From Epithemia pelagica (lineage: Eukaryota; Protista; Bacillariophyta): 64,000 nucleotides of DNA. The stretch spans positions 1,674,001 through 1,738,000 of the forward strand of contig OX337228.1 of assembly GCA_946965045.2 (NCBI GenBank), given 5' to 3'. The notes beneath the pieces were generated by a model. That model did no database searches, was not told where the DNA came from, and saw only the letters and a list, made by a program, of their open reading frames with translations. Of the stretch, positions 10,611 to 22,304 are shown piece after piece; the stretch's first letter is position 1; the number at the start of each line of letters is the position of its first letter. Position numbers and translations under genes: made by a program.

Positions 10611-10970
10611 ACAACACACACACGCACACACGCACACACGCAGGACCAATCAATCCACACTATGTTTTAGTTGTTGGAGATCGGGATCGGACTGGTCCAA
10701 TCCCCAAGTTCTTTCATGCTAAAAAGTCGTTGCACCCTTGGTACACGCCAAGGCAACGAACTCTATATAGTGTCATCTATACAATACTACTTTGCAATCG
10801 AATGCCTTGTATTTGAGGCTTCAAAAATGGCGTAGACCTGAGTGAATGCCCGTCTGTCGTCTCCGTTTTTCATTACCAACAACACCAGGACAACAGAGAA
10901 GAAAGGGTAGTCCATCCATGTTGTGTCCGTCCAGTTTGTGTTGGTTCGTTCGTTTGCTGTTGTTGCTATA

Positions 10971-12369
10971 CTAGAAATGGCCCTCCTCCTCCTCCAATCG
11001 TTTTACCAAACGTTGCAAGGTGACACCGGCGGGTGCGGAAAGTTTGACCAACCCCGGCAAGTCTTCGAGTTCGGCTCGAGTTTCACCCACATTGACAATG
11101 GCGACCGAAATACCTCGATCCGTGGCGGCACGGACATGACGAAAGGCTGAATGAACCGCCAAGGAAGATCCCACCACCAATACACCATCGCACTGATCGA
11201 TTGCTGCACGACAGGTTGCGACACGATCCAAGGGAACCGACTGTACACCAACCAATAACGTCATGACGATACGGAGAAAAATATGCAGGAGAGCAAAGAA
11301 AGAACAAACACGGTTGATCCGGCACTCTCGTTGAGACGGAGAAAGAGAAGAGGGTATCAAACAACAACAGAGTCCATATACGTACATCTCCGAAAAACAC
11401 AATATCCGGTTTGTAAAAACCCACTCCACAACTATGACACGAAGGCACCACAATCTCATTATAATCGCTTTCTTGAACTGCCGCATCTCCATCGGGCCGA
11501 AGGGCGGTACGGTCCAGTTCGGCCCGAGCGTGCCGTAGCCATTCTTCGTTGTACGTTTCCAATTCCGAGTGCAACTCGGCACGATCTCGTGTAGCACCAC
11601 AGTTCATGCATTTGACGCGTTCGCTTCGGCCATGCAATTCAATCACATGACGAGTCCCCGCACGGGAATGCAAGGCATCGACATTTTGGGTAATCACGGA
11701 TACCGTCGTGGAAGAGGTTGGCGACTTCTCCTCATGGTCCAATTCTGACGAGTAGTGGGGAACAGTGACACCCAATTTCCCCTTTTGTTCCAGTGCGGCC
11801 AAGGCAAAATGTCCAGCATTGGGTTGCGCGGACGCAAAGGGTGTCCATCCCACCATACCACGCCCCCAATACCGCTTTCGTTGATATTCGGATTGCATAA
11901 AATGATCGTGTACCATGGGTTTATGGCCTTTGTAATAGCTTCCTTGATGGCCCCGATAATCAGCAATGCCCGATTCGGTGCTCAATCCAGCACCGGTAAT
12001 ACACAAAATTTCTTGCTTGTGGTCATCCATGTACCAGTCGTACAACTTTTGGACCTCCGCTTCTTGCTGTTCCTCGGTCAAGAATTGATTGGGGTCGGGT
12101 GGTGGTGCATCATCCAAGACACGATGAACACCACGGTTCTTTCGATTCACCACTCGGGTGTCGTTGCTTGTTGTGCTTTGGTTGTTGTTGCTGCTGTATC
12201 GTGGAGACAAGCGAGTGGCATGTCCATGAAAGCTCACCATGGATCGAATCGCATGATTGCTGCTCCGTATTCGTTTCCGACTCGTTGTCAAAATCCAAGC
12301 ACCATGAACACGGCATTGTGTTTGAATTCCTACCGATAGAAAGGATACCATGGCCATGGTCGCCATCAT
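10971..12369 (-). CDS. NAD-dependent deacylase, sirtuin class II (SIRT4-like); 2 exons
   Basis: GAGLSTESGIADYRG, RKRYWGR, TQNVDALH, ELHG, CxxC...CxxC, KPDIVFFGD|SVP, VVGSSLAV. Intron 11241-11385 (GTACGT...TACAG) joins the two ORF-track pieces in frame. Confidence 0.92.
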
Positions 12370-12704
12370 GGTCCTCGTGATCTCCACCTCGGCATCGATC
12401 TATACCATTCTGCCAGAATGACGTCATCTACATATTGGACTCCTCTCTCCCTCGGCATCAAATTCTATTACCTACCTAACTCTTAAATGCGACCAAATAC
12501 TTAGGCCATCTACAATGCGGAGACGACAGCTCTAGAGGGCATCCAAAATCCAAATGCAACATCCTCGTACTTCCGACAAGGAATACCCGCATGTTTGTTG
12601 TTTGGGGATTGAGTTTTCGTATAGTATCATACTGGAAGAGATCAACAAACTACTTAGAGCAGCCGATGATTCTCTCATGTCCATTTGACAAACGCTGCGG
12701 CATG

Positions 12705-14798
12705 TCAACTACGGGTATTATTTGCCTCCTCTTTGGGGGGGACAATCGTGTTGTTGTATTCCTCAAATAGACTGGGCGTCCAAAACCAAAGAGAGCTCAA
12801 CACAATCAACGAGGGAGTGGTGGTTGGAGTGGTATCCTCCTCTTCCTTGTTTTCATCATCGTCGTTGTTGTCTTTGGAAGAAGCATGGGCCAGCAAGTGT
12901 GCCATGGGTTGCCAGGAGGTGGACAAGGTGGAATGCAAAAAGGCTTGGGCTTGTTCGTGTTTTTGTGTTGCCTCGGTTTCTCGTCGTTCCCAATCCTGTA
13001 ACAATTGTCGGTAGGTCTCCAGTACCATATACCGATCCACCACTTGCTGTGGATTCTTGTACGACGAGACGCCGCCGCCAGCCGTATCCGGTTTGGTTTG
13101 TTCCATGGCACTTTGCAACAACCCTTCGGCTGTCACAGCCTTACCCGCCAAATGAAAGCAGGACGCCAGTAAGGACAAGACTCGTCCCACCACGGGTCCA
13201 CCGACATCCATGGACCCTTGCAACGAGTCGCAGGCATCCAAGGCCTTGCCGGCCAATTCCATGGCCTCATTGACATCCTTTTCCAGGGCTGCTTTTTCCT
13301 CCTCGTCGTCATCGTCACCCAGACTGGACAATTCATGATGTTGGCGGTCCGCCGCCATGCGCAAGGTTCCCCATGCCAAGTTGATGTACAAACAAGCCTC
13401 TACCGTCAAACTCAAGGTCGACACCGAATATGGCTCCTCAGCATTGGACTTTCGATGGTGCTGTTGCTCTTGTTTTTTGATTTGTTGCAGAAATCCGACG
13501 CCATGACCCCAGGCGCGCATGGCTTCATTCATGGGGGCATGGACTTGATTGAGTGTGGCCACCAAATCGGACCAAATCACATGGGCACATCCATAATTGA
13601 GTTGCGCCAAGGCCAGGGCGACGGGTGGAATCCGAGGATTCCCACTCTTGGTACGACTGACGAGCATGCCACCACTGCCGGAATACGACATTTCTTGTTC
13701 CAAAAATCTCAACACCATACGAGGTGGATCTCGCAAGGTAAAGGCATCGTCCAAGGTGCTTGCCGACACTAAGCGTGCCAAGGATTGACCGTTCCGAGCC
13801 GAAGCATAATGCAAGGGAAAGTATTGTTCCAATTCTTGTGGATGTGCCGGCAATTGCAATTGTGTCAAGGAGGAAGATCCGGTCGAGTTGGGATTCAAAA
13901 TCGAGTCACAGACCTGCAAGACCGACTCCCATTCGCCTTGAAACCAAAACACCTTGGCCCGGGCCAGTTGAACGTCCAACCGTTGTCGATAATACGACAG
14001 GGAATGACTGTCGTCGGGTGATGATTGTGATGATGATGATTCGTCTTCCAAGGCTTGCCAAATCCGGTCCAACAATGTTATCGCAGCTTGGTATTCTCCT
14101 CGTTGTTGATGATATTCGGCACGTAAGGCCAACACGGCCAAATGGGGAGGACTGTGTGCTTGATACTGACCCATAATTTCGCCACTCCGTTCCAACAAGG
14201 TTAAATGACTGGATTTCAAAGAGGACTCGTTCAGATCGGGTGGTGTCAAGGCACCGTGATTGCTGCTATTGGACGATGCCCTCCACGACGAAAGGACAGT
14301 CTCCAGTTCGGGCAAGGCTTGCAAGGCCTCCACCTGTGTTTGTACAAAACTAGCTAACAAGCCCAAACTGCGAGAGGAACACACCAAGGGTAGCCGAAGC
14401 TGATCGGAGGAGCCTTGTGCATCGACAGAGTTGGAAACACCAGAAACAACTTGCTCATTGTTGTCGTTGTCATTGAAAGAGAAGGAGGAAGCGTGGAACC
14501 CACGGCTGCAACCAAGATTCGAGGCTTGCTTCCGAGGATATCGCTTGAGTAGCAAATTATCATGATGATCATATCGTGCTGTTATTCTTTCAGCATTCAC
14601 GAGTATCCGACTGGAACAACCACGATGCGTCGAATACCATGCATTCAAAAGAGTGGTGGTGTGTGGAGCTCGTGATGGACGGCGAGTTGTGGTTCTTGTC
14701 TTTGTCGTCAAAGTGTGCCCTCGTCTGGCACTCAAACAACGAGAAACGCCGGTCCATCCACAGCCCCGTCCATGTCTTGCTGCCAAGGAGCCCTTCAT
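12705..14798 (-). CDS. Hypothetical alpha-helical (TPR-like) protein, probable mitochondrial presequence
   Basis: 697-aa ORF with an R/S/T-rich, acid-poor N-terminus and helical repeats (LRAEYHQQRGEYQAAITLL; GRVLSLLASCFHLAGKAVTAEGLLQSA). Confidence 0.65.
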   Translation of the reverse strand: MKGSLAARHGRGCGWTGVSRCLSARRGHTLTTKTRTTTRRPSRAPHTTTLLNAWYSTHRGCSSRILVNAERITARYDHHDNLLLKRYPRKQASNLGCSRGFHASSFSFNDNDNNEQVVSGVSNSVDAQGSSDQLRLPLVCSSRSLGLLASFVQTQVEALQALPELETVLSSWRASSNSSNHGALTPPDLNESSLKSSHLTLLERSGEIMGQYQAHSPPHLAVLALRAEYHQQRGEYQAAITLLDRIWQALEDESSSSQSSPDDSHSLSYYRQRLDVQLARAKVFWFQGEWESVLQVCDSILNPNSTGSSSLTQLQLPAHPQELEQYFPLHYASARNGQSLARLVSASTLDDAFTLRDPPRMVLRFLEQEMSYSGSGGMLVSRTKSGNPRIPPVALALAQLNYGCAHVIWSDLVATLNQVHAPMNEAMRAWGHGVGFLQQIKKQEQQHHRKSNAEEPYSVSTLSLTVEACLYINLAWGTLRMAADRQHHELSSLGDDDDEEEKAALEKDVNEAMELAGKALDACDSLQGSMDVGGPVVGRVLSLLASCFHLAGKAVTAEGLLQSAMEQTKPDTAGGGVSSYKNPQQVVDRYMVLETYRQLLQDWERRETEATQKHEQAQAFLHSTLSTSWQPMAHLLAHASSKDNNDDDENKEEEDTTPTTTPSLIVLSSLWFWTPSLFEEYNNTIVPPKEEANNTRS

Positions 14799-15268
14799 TG
14801 TGGTCCACTTTTGTCGTCTCTTTTGTTCTGGGTTCTACTCTTGTGAAGATTGGAATCGGTTCGACGGATGTGTCCTGACTCTGGTTGTTTCTATGGAGAT
14901 GTATACGATGAGCTCTGAAAAGATTCCACGTGGATCTTTTCTCAGTCTCTGATCGGTCGCCAAACATTCCAGCGGTCTTTGGCCCAAACCGTTTGTGTGG
15001 GACTGGGGACTACTAAAACCTACAACGACAAACTCAGACTGCGGTAAACTGTAGTCGTGGAGTTGTACCCTTCCAATCATCTCCATGAAAAAAGCATACC
15101 CTTCGCAATTCTCTCTTATCTGACAAAAGAGATTTGTCGCGGTCAAGTAATCTCTCGTTCTTCTTTCTATTGTTGTTGCTCTCATCCCTCATCACATCAA
15201 CAAGACAACCGTATCCTTGTGGTGTTGTCGTTCAAAACAATAACTCTTGGATTCTTCGTCTGCGCATC

Positions 15269-17887
15269 ATGCTGTTGTCGTCATCAAGCATGACCACTGG
15301 CCACAACAATATTGGCCGTCATCATCGCCTTGGAGGGCGAAAGGCGAACCTCTTGCCCATATTGTTGTCGTTGTTGTGGTCTTCCCCACTCAAGACATTC
15401 GCCAGTAGTGTTACAAACTCCTTTGCTCATCGTCAATTGGATGATTTTCATGCTGGCCATTTGCAGTCGGGTCCAGATTCACAAGGGAGCTCGTTTGTTT
15501 CATCGGCTGTGATTGATGAATCGACACAGACCATTCACATGGTCGGAACCACCTATGGCAAATGGTGGGTCACGTCCGGTACAACCAGCGATGCGTCGTC
15601 GGGTACCGACGATCCAGCCTGTTTTTATGCTGTCGCCAATCTTCCAGGTGGTGATAATCCGACTTCGATGGATTGGATGCATTCGCAACTGCTGGGCGTT
15701 CCACAAGTCAAGGAAGGATGTATGGACCTTTTGTTGGATACTGCTTCGAAACGCACGATTGTTTTGGGACATTCCAGTGTTCATACAACACCTTCCAGGG
15801 ATGAAGTGGCTCCCTTTTTGTTGAACGAATTTTACAATGCCGGAAATTTGCAAGCCGAAGAACTGGTTCGTGCTGGTATGTTATTGGATTACACCTTTGA
15901 CAGCGCCAAAGGTCCTTCGTCGGACAAGCCCTTGGCATTGCATGGTGGCCGACTTGTGGAAGATTTTCCAGTCAATTATCCAGTCGCCATTACGAGTGCA
16001 CCAGGCTCCAACAATGTTTATGTGGCCACCATGTCATCCGACTCTGGTGATTCCAACCCGCAGTGGCAGGACGATCAACAACTCGACCAATCTAGTTTCT
16101 TCGAGGTTGGAGATTCGTATGTCATGACCATTAATAAATTTGAAACTGGTGTGGATCCAGGTTCACTTTCCAATGGCCAGACTTTGTATCGTTCCATTGT
16201 TCCAAAAGGACAATCACCGACCTATGGCAATCCTGCCACTACAGTTCATGTGGCAGCCATGGTACAACTGAAGGATCGACTCATTGTGGCCGGCCATACC
16301 ACAGCGGCCGAGTTTGGCTTGGGAACTACGGACTTGGCCGATACGGGAGGGGACATGGATGGTTTTGTCACACAATTCGACACTCATAGTTTGCAACCAC
16401 CCGCCAATGATTTTGTCCCTACGCATCGTATCACGTCCACCCGACCTGATTATGTGACGGGTCTTTGTGCACCTCCGAGTACCGAGGAGCCTACAGTTGT
16501 TTACGTGACCGGTTTCTCCAGGGGCCATGTCAAGGATCCATCGTTGAACACTGACCAAGACAATGATTCCGTGTGGGGCTACGTACAAAAAGTGGACTTG
16601 GATACCATGGAGGCCGAGTGGACGATTGAATTTGCTGCGGCTGATCCCAATGATGTTGGGGGCGAGTTTAAAGTGGAAGCCGTTTCGTGTGCCTTGACCC
16701 CCGATGGCCAAAACATGTATGTAGCCGGAAATGTCTATGACGGTGCAGGTTTGATTTTGGTGCCCGAACTAGCCGTCCCTGGTCCTTCGGACACAGCAGA
16801 CAGTGCCGGAGGGACCGACATTTGGGTGGCCCAAATCCGGTTGCAAACTGACGATGATGCGAACGAAGGAGATATCATTTTTCTCCGTCAAATGGGAAGT
16901 GAAGCCGATGATCACATTGCTCATCGTGGGGGCGGTGTCATGGTGGACAAGTCCGGACATGCTGTTGTGGTTGGTAACACCCATGGAGAAATGTATCGCA
17001 GCCGGGCGTCAACAGAGGGTACTGGTGCGAATTCTCGTGCCGATGTCTTTTTAACAATGTTGGAATTGGATACAGGAGATTTCATGCTACCACTCAATCA
17101 TCCAGACTTCAAGTCCTTGCCACCCAAGGTGACAGCAGCACCTGCACCAGCAACAACACCCACATCGGCGCCTGTAGCGGCTCCTACTCCCACTGAAGGT
17201 GAACCGGAAGAAGAAGAAGTTGAGCCATGGAGGGGTATGTTGGTTCTTGTCATGTTTTTCCTTCCCATAATGCTTACAACGGTTTATACATGCTGTCGAA
17301 AGCGCAAAAACAGACCCAAACGAGACATTCCGACTGACCGAACCAAGGTGTTGAGCTATCTACAAGGTTTTGATGTAGAAAATGTTGAACTCAAGCATTC
17401 TGCGACGGGTGGATGGCACTGTTCCTATGTCAATGATCTGGCCCAGGGAATCAATAGCCAGGGCAATCGTCATTTGGACCACGCCGCAGCGCATCAAGAA
17501 GGCTTGTATTCTCCGTCCGGAAATGGAACAGCCTTTGATCCTCTCACGTCTGGTGGTCGTTCCATTCCTCGACGCAATTCGGGTTCATCGACGCGGAGTG
17601 GCCGCAGTGGTCGTGGTGGGGAGGTCTTTTTAGATGAAGATTATGGCAATGCCGACTACGATCCGGATGAATTTGTGGTAACCTTTGGAACGGCACGGGA
17701 AAGTCGTCGTGAACGCCGTTCCAACTATGAAGGTTTGTTGAGCGGCTTGAATCGCGATTGCAATCATGGCAAACCACGACGATCGCGTCGCACAGCGTCC
17801 AGCAATGCTTCTACGTCCAGTGCCAGCAGTAACAATTCTCGTCGCAGTCGCGCACGCGAACGTTGGGAGAACCGTGAAGTCATCTGA
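15269..17887 (+). CDS. Type I membrane protein with beta-propeller-like (SBBP-type) ectodomain, paralog A
   Basis: Signal peptide, repeats such as AGGTDIWVAQI and ADVFLTML, P/T linker, TM (GMLVLVMFFLPIMLTTVYTCC), cytosolic tail. First ATG at 15269; the ORF track start is a TTG. Confidence 0.8.
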   Translation: MLLSSSSMTTGHNNIGRHHRLGGRKANLLPILLSLLWSSPLKTFASSVTNSFAHRQLDDFHAGHLQSGPDSQGSSFVSSAVIDESTQTIHMVGTTYGKWWVTSGTTSDASSGTDDPACFYAVANLPGGDNPTSMDWMHSQLLGVPQVKEGCMDLLLDTASKRTIVLGHSSVHTTPSRDEVAPFLLNEFYNAGNLQAEELVRAGMLLDYTFDSAKGPSSDKPLALHGGRLVEDFPVNYPVAITSAPGSNNVYVATMSSDSGDSNPQWQDDQQLDQSSFFEVGDSYVMTINKFETGVDPGSLSNGQTLYRSIVPKGQSPTYGNPATTVHVAAMVQLKDRLIVAGHTTAAEFGLGTTDLADTGGDMDGFVTQFDTHSLQPPANDFVPTHRITSTRPDYVTGLCAPPSTEEPTVVYVTGFSRGHVKDPSLNTDQDNDSVWGYVQKVDLDTMEAEWTIEFAAADPNDVGGEFKVEAVSCALTPDGQNMYVAGNVYDGAGLILVPELAVPGPSDTADSAGGTDIWVAQIRLQTDDDANEGDIIFLRQMGSEADDHIAHRGGGVMVDKSGHAVVVGNTHGEMYRSRASTEGTGANSRADVFLTMLELDTGDFMLPLNHPDFKSLPPKVTAAPAPATTPTSAPVAAPTPTEGEPEEEEVEPWRGMLVLVMFFLPIMLTTVYTCCRKRKNRPKRDIPTDRTKVLSYLQGFDVENVELKHSATGGWHCSYVNDLAQGINSQGNRHLDHAAAHQEGLYSPSGNGTAFDPLTSGGRSIPRRNSGSSTRSGRSGRGGEVFLDEDYGNADYDPDEFVVTFGTARESRRERRSNYEGLLSGLNRDCNHGKPRRSRRTASSNASTSSASSNNSRRSRARERWENREVI

Positions 17888-18106
17888 AACGTCCATATTG
17901 TAGACGAAACATAATTTGTTTGACTAGATGGTTATACGTACTTTATCAGTCTCTTGTCCTGTTTTCCTCATTGCCGTTCGTTTTCTTTGTTGAGACAACG
18001 AATCCGACGTTTCGTTCTGGGTATAGGTTCCCCCTAGCAGATCATGCTAGAACGTGTGGAGTGTACGAGGAGACTGGTTCCTTCCTTCCCCCATATCCTT
18101 TTTGGG

Positions 18107-20647
18107 TTAAATAATTTCGCGATTTTCCCACCGTTCTCGGGCCCGATGGAGGCGCAACCCACCCGGACTGGATGATGTGGGCGTATTGCTGGATGCGGTA
18201 CGACGCGACCGTCTCGAGTTGGAGTAGGACGACGACTCGCGATGATGGGCACCACTCAACAGCCCTTCATAGTTGGAAAGCCGTTCCCGACGACTTTCTC
18301 GGGAAATACCAAAGGTAATGACCGATTCATCGGGATCGTAGTCCGCATTGGCATAATCCTCGTCCAAAAACAGACTGGACGATGATGGACGAGATCCCCG
18401 TCCGGATCGTGCCAACGAACCCGAATTGTGGCGACGGGGAACCGATCGACCACTGGAAGAAGAAGAAAAGGTAAGGGGATCGCTATCACGATGCGAGGGC
18501 ACGTGGTCCAAATGACGGTCTCCCTGACTGTTCACACCTTGTGCCAAATCATTGGCGTAGGAACAATGCCATCCTCCCGTGGCAGAGTGTTTGAGTTCAA
18601 TGTCTTCCACATCAAAATCTTGCAAATAATTCAATACTTTGGATCGATCGGTGGCAATCTCTCGTCTATGAATGTGATAGCAATTCCAATAAACAAGGAA
18701 AACAACCACACCGACAATGCCTAGGAGGAGAATCAGCAACATGATGACCCAGGAAGCTTCCGAGCCTTGTTCGGGTAAAATGGAACCATCCTCGTTGCTG
18801 GAAGCCGGTGCCGACGCCGGTGGTCGGGTTGCTTTGGGTGGGAGAGACTGGAAGTCTGGATGATTGAGGGGTAGCATAAAGTCTCCGGTATTCAATTCCA
18901 GCATTGTGACAAAGACATCGGCACGAGCAGTGGCACCCGTCGCTTCGGTCGGAGCACGATCGCGATACATTTCTCCTTGTGTATTCCCAATCACAATGGC
19001 ATGTCCTGCGTCATTCACCAGGACACCACCTCCACGAACCGCAATGGAATCATCCGCGGTACTTCCCAGCTGCGTCAAAAATACGACCTCCCCTTCCTGG
19101 TTGTTGCCGCCGCTCGGAGGAGGCGAAGAGGATTGCAGTCGGAGTTGGGCCACCCAAAGATCCGTCCCTCCCGCGCTCGTGGCCGGTCGTGTCAGTTCCG
19201 CCATGACCGCGTCGTTGTGGACCGTTCCAGCCACAAAAAGGTTCTGGCCATCGGGTGTCAAACGACACGCCGTTGCTTCCACTTGAAACGTTTTGACACC
19301 TGGAGGTGGAAAGGCGTAAAACTCTTGTGTCCATACGGCCTTCATTCCAGTCAAATCCACCTTTTGAACAAACCCCCAGGTGGAGTCATGGTCCTGGTTC
19401 GTGTTGAGAGACGGATCCTTCACGTGGCCTTTGGAGTAACCAGTAACGTATACAAACGAAGGTTCCTCGGTACTGGGTGGTGCACAAAGACCCGTCACAA
19501 ACACATCCCGGTTGGCCGTAATACGATGATGCGCAACATCATCCGTACCACGAGGAAGTAAATCCTGGAGGTCCAGTTGCGTGACAAACCCATCCATGCT
19601 TCCTCCTCCAGCACCGGCCAATGTGACGGTACCCCAACCAACGTTGACCGCTTTGGTGTGTCCGGCCACAATCAGGCGGTCCTTGAGTTGAATCATGGAA
19701 GCCACATGCATGGTATTCGCATGATTGCCGTAGGTCTCGGATTCTTTTGCAACAATCGAACGATACAAGGTTTGACTGTTGGACAAGGATACTTTGCCGG
19801 CACCTGTTTCAAATTTACGAATGGTCATGACATAGGACTTTCCAACCTCCAAGAATTTTGCTGGATCCAGCTGTTGGTTGCGTTGCCAGTCACGGTTGGG
19901 AACGTCTGAATCGGATGACATGGTGGCCACATAGACAATGTTGGAGCCTGGTGCACTCGTAATGGCGACTGGATAATTGACTGGAAAATCTTCCACAAGT
20001 CGACCACCGTGCAATGTCAAGGGCTTGTCCGACGAAGGACCACTGGCATTCTCAAACGTATAATCCAACAACAAGCCCGCATGAACCAGTTCTTCGGCTG
20101 CCATATTTCCGGCATTGTAAAATTCGTTCAACAAAAAGGGAGCCACTTCATCCTTGGAAGTTGTTGTATGAACGCTGGAATGTCCCAAAACAATGGTACG
20201 TTTCGAAGCAGCATCCAATAAAAAGTCCATACATCCTTCCTTGACTTGTGGAACGCCCAGCAGTTGTGTATGCATCCAATCCATTGAAGTCAAGTGATTG
20301 CCACCCGGCAGATTGACGACGGCATAAAAACAGGCTGGATCGTCGGTACCCGACGACGCATCGCTGGTTGTACCGGACGTGACCCACCATTTGCCATAGG
20401 TGGTTCCAACCATGTGAATGGTTTGTGTCGATTCATCCATTACAGCCGACGACACAAACGAACTCCCTTGTGAATCAGGACCGGATTGCAAATGGCCCGC
20501 ATGAAATTCTGCCAAGGAGCGACTGGACCATACCGTCTCATGGTCTCCATAAGAAGGATTCCGTGACATGGAATGCGAAGCAGCCTGTATGCTCCCCAAG
20601 AAGAGCATCGACAATGCTGTCAAATGCGATGACAAATGTTGTATCAT
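18107..20647 (-). CDS. Type I membrane protein with beta-propeller-like ectodomain, paralog B (inverted duplicate of 15269-17887)
   Basis: 846 aa, colinear with paralog A along its whole length: FHAGHLQSGPDSQGSSFVSSAV, LELNTGDFMLPLNHPDF, LKHSATGGWHCSY, RERWENRE(I/V)I. Confidence 0.82.
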   Translation of the reverse strand: MIQHLSSHLTALSMLFLGSIQAASHSMSRNPSYGDHETVWSSRSLAEFHAGHLQSGPDSQGSSFVSSAVMDESTQTIHMVGTTYGKWWVTSGTTSDASSGTDDPACFYAVVNLPGGNHLTSMDWMHTQLLGVPQVKEGCMDFLLDAASKRTIVLGHSSVHTTTSKDEVAPFLLNEFYNAGNMAAEELVHAGLLLDYTFENASGPSSDKPLTLHGGRLVEDFPVNYPVAITSAPGSNIVYVATMSSDSDVPNRDWQRNQQLDPAKFLEVGKSYVMTIRKFETGAGKVSLSNSQTLYRSIVAKESETYGNHANTMHVASMIQLKDRLIVAGHTKAVNVGWGTVTLAGAGGGSMDGFVTQLDLQDLLPRGTDDVAHHRITANRDVFVTGLCAPPSTEEPSFVYVTGYSKGHVKDPSLNTNQDHDSTWGFVQKVDLTGMKAVWTQEFYAFPPPGVKTFQVEATACRLTPDGQNLFVAGTVHNDAVMAELTRPATSAGGTDLWVAQLRLQSSSPPPSGGNNQEGEVVFLTQLGSTADDSIAVRGGGVLVNDAGHAIVIGNTQGEMYRDRAPTEATGATARADVFVTMLELNTGDFMLPLNHPDFQSLPPKATRPPASAPASSNEDGSILPEQGSEASWVIMLLILLLGIVGVVVFLVYWNCYHIHRREIATDRSKVLNYLQDFDVEDIELKHSATGGWHCSYANDLAQGVNSQGDRHLDHVPSHRDSDPLTFSSSSSGRSVPRRHNSGSLARSGRGSRPSSSSLFLDEDYANADYDPDESVITFGISRESRRERLSNYEGLLSGAHHRESSSYSNSRRSRRTASSNTPTSSSPGGLRLHRARERWENREII

Positions 20648-21202
20648 TATTGTTTGAGTTTCAGGAATACAATATAGGATGACAGCGAGGCAAAGCGGTC
20701 TGGAAAGTTGGTTTTCTCCTCAAATCAGCACAAGGGCTCTGATCCTTGTCGTCACTCGGGATCTCTTGGTCTGTTTTAGAACAAGTGAAAGGAAAGGAGG
20801 CGGGGCGGATGGTTGATCGTTTGAAGGGAAAGAGAACCACAACAGAGGTACTCGATACTCGATGCGTGAACGCGGGGAGTCGCAGGCATCCGAATCGGTA
20901 CACGGGACTCACGAACGCGAGGTGAACAGTCGTTTTCGGTCCTTCTGTCATTCTCTCGATTTCGTGGTTGAGTCCGTGCGACGTACGTATACCGTCTTCT
21001 CGCTCTGATCGAATCTTGATGGTGTCCAAGATTCGGTCAGACACCCAGCGCACCACCCCGAACTCTTTTCCATCGCATCAAGACTACGTCATTGTGTCTG
21101 AAATGTCAACCATCAACGCTCGACATTGTATCCCTTCAATTGTTGATCACATAATATCGATTATTCCCTTCTTTGATTCCTATAGTCTCAAGCAGCAGCA
21201 CG

Positions 21203-22304
21203 ATGAAGCAGGGGACCAAATCCGTTCGCACTGGTGCACGCCTCTCAATGTGCCTCTTTCTTGCATTGTTCTTGTCGTCGTCTTTACCCGGTTTGACACG
21301 GGCCTTTGTCGTGGCACCAACGACGACCATGTTCCAGAAACAAGGACTATTGGGAAACCGTGCCAACAAAAGTGTCCTGCTGCAGGTTGCGGAACTCGAC
21401 AGCCTCATGAATGTAGCGTCATCTGCGACGTCCTCCTTAGATCATGCAACAACAAGCTCTCTGTTATCCGCGTCACCCGTTTTGGAATCCCTGGGATCGT
21501 TGGTGACCAAAATTGCCCAACAGGGAGGTCCTCCGGCCATGGCTGCCGCGGTGGCCATTAGTGACTCGGTCCCTCTCTTGCCCAGCCAACCCATTTCGGT
21601 CGTGGCTGGGGCCTTGTTTGGCTTCCCAACGGGATTGTTGGCCGTGGTCGTGGGACAAACCATTGCCACGGCCTTTGCCTTGATCCTGGGACGCCAATTG
21701 GGATCCAATATCTTGGACTGGTTGGGACGAGAGAATGGTGAAAAGGTGAAGAAGGTATTGGAAGAATTGGGATTGGACGCCACTGCGGACTATCAAAAGG
21801 TCTTTACCACCATTTTGGTAGCCCGACAATCGCCCGTACTACCCTTTAGTTTGGGCAACTACATGGTCGGAGCCGCCACATCTGGTACGTGTGCTTCACA
21901 AGACCTTCGACAAGACGATAAAGTCTCGAATGGATGGGATTCCGCTGTCATTGCAAAATAATCTCACCATGAATGAATAATCTGTGTTGTTGTTGTTGTT
22001 GTGTTTTGCCTTGGCAGCGTCCATTCTTCCCGCATTGTTGGGTACCGTGATTGGCTGTTTGCCCTTGAATTGTGTCCGGGTGGGTGCCGGAGCGGGTGGC
22101 ATGTCGGCCTTGGATCTCTTGACCAGCAACAACAACAATCAAGGAGGCGGGGATGCCCTGGTACCCGACAGTCCCTACTTGAGTACGTTGGAAGCGGTGG
22201 GTGTGGTGGCCACGGTCCTTATTGTGGCCAACGTGGTCAAGGTTGTTTGGTCTGCGTGGAACGAAGACGAAACCGAATTCGCACAAAGCAACAAACAGGC
22301 ATGA
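21203..22304 (+). CDS. VTT/SNARE-associated (TVP38/TMEM64/DedA) family protein, plastid-type presequence; 2 exons
   Basis: Signal + TRA-FVV; PISVVAGALFGFPTGL, ARQSPVLPFSLGNYMVG, LLGTVIGCLP. Intron 21885-22017 (GTACGT...GCAG) restores the frame (GAATS-A-SILP). Confidence 0.85.
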
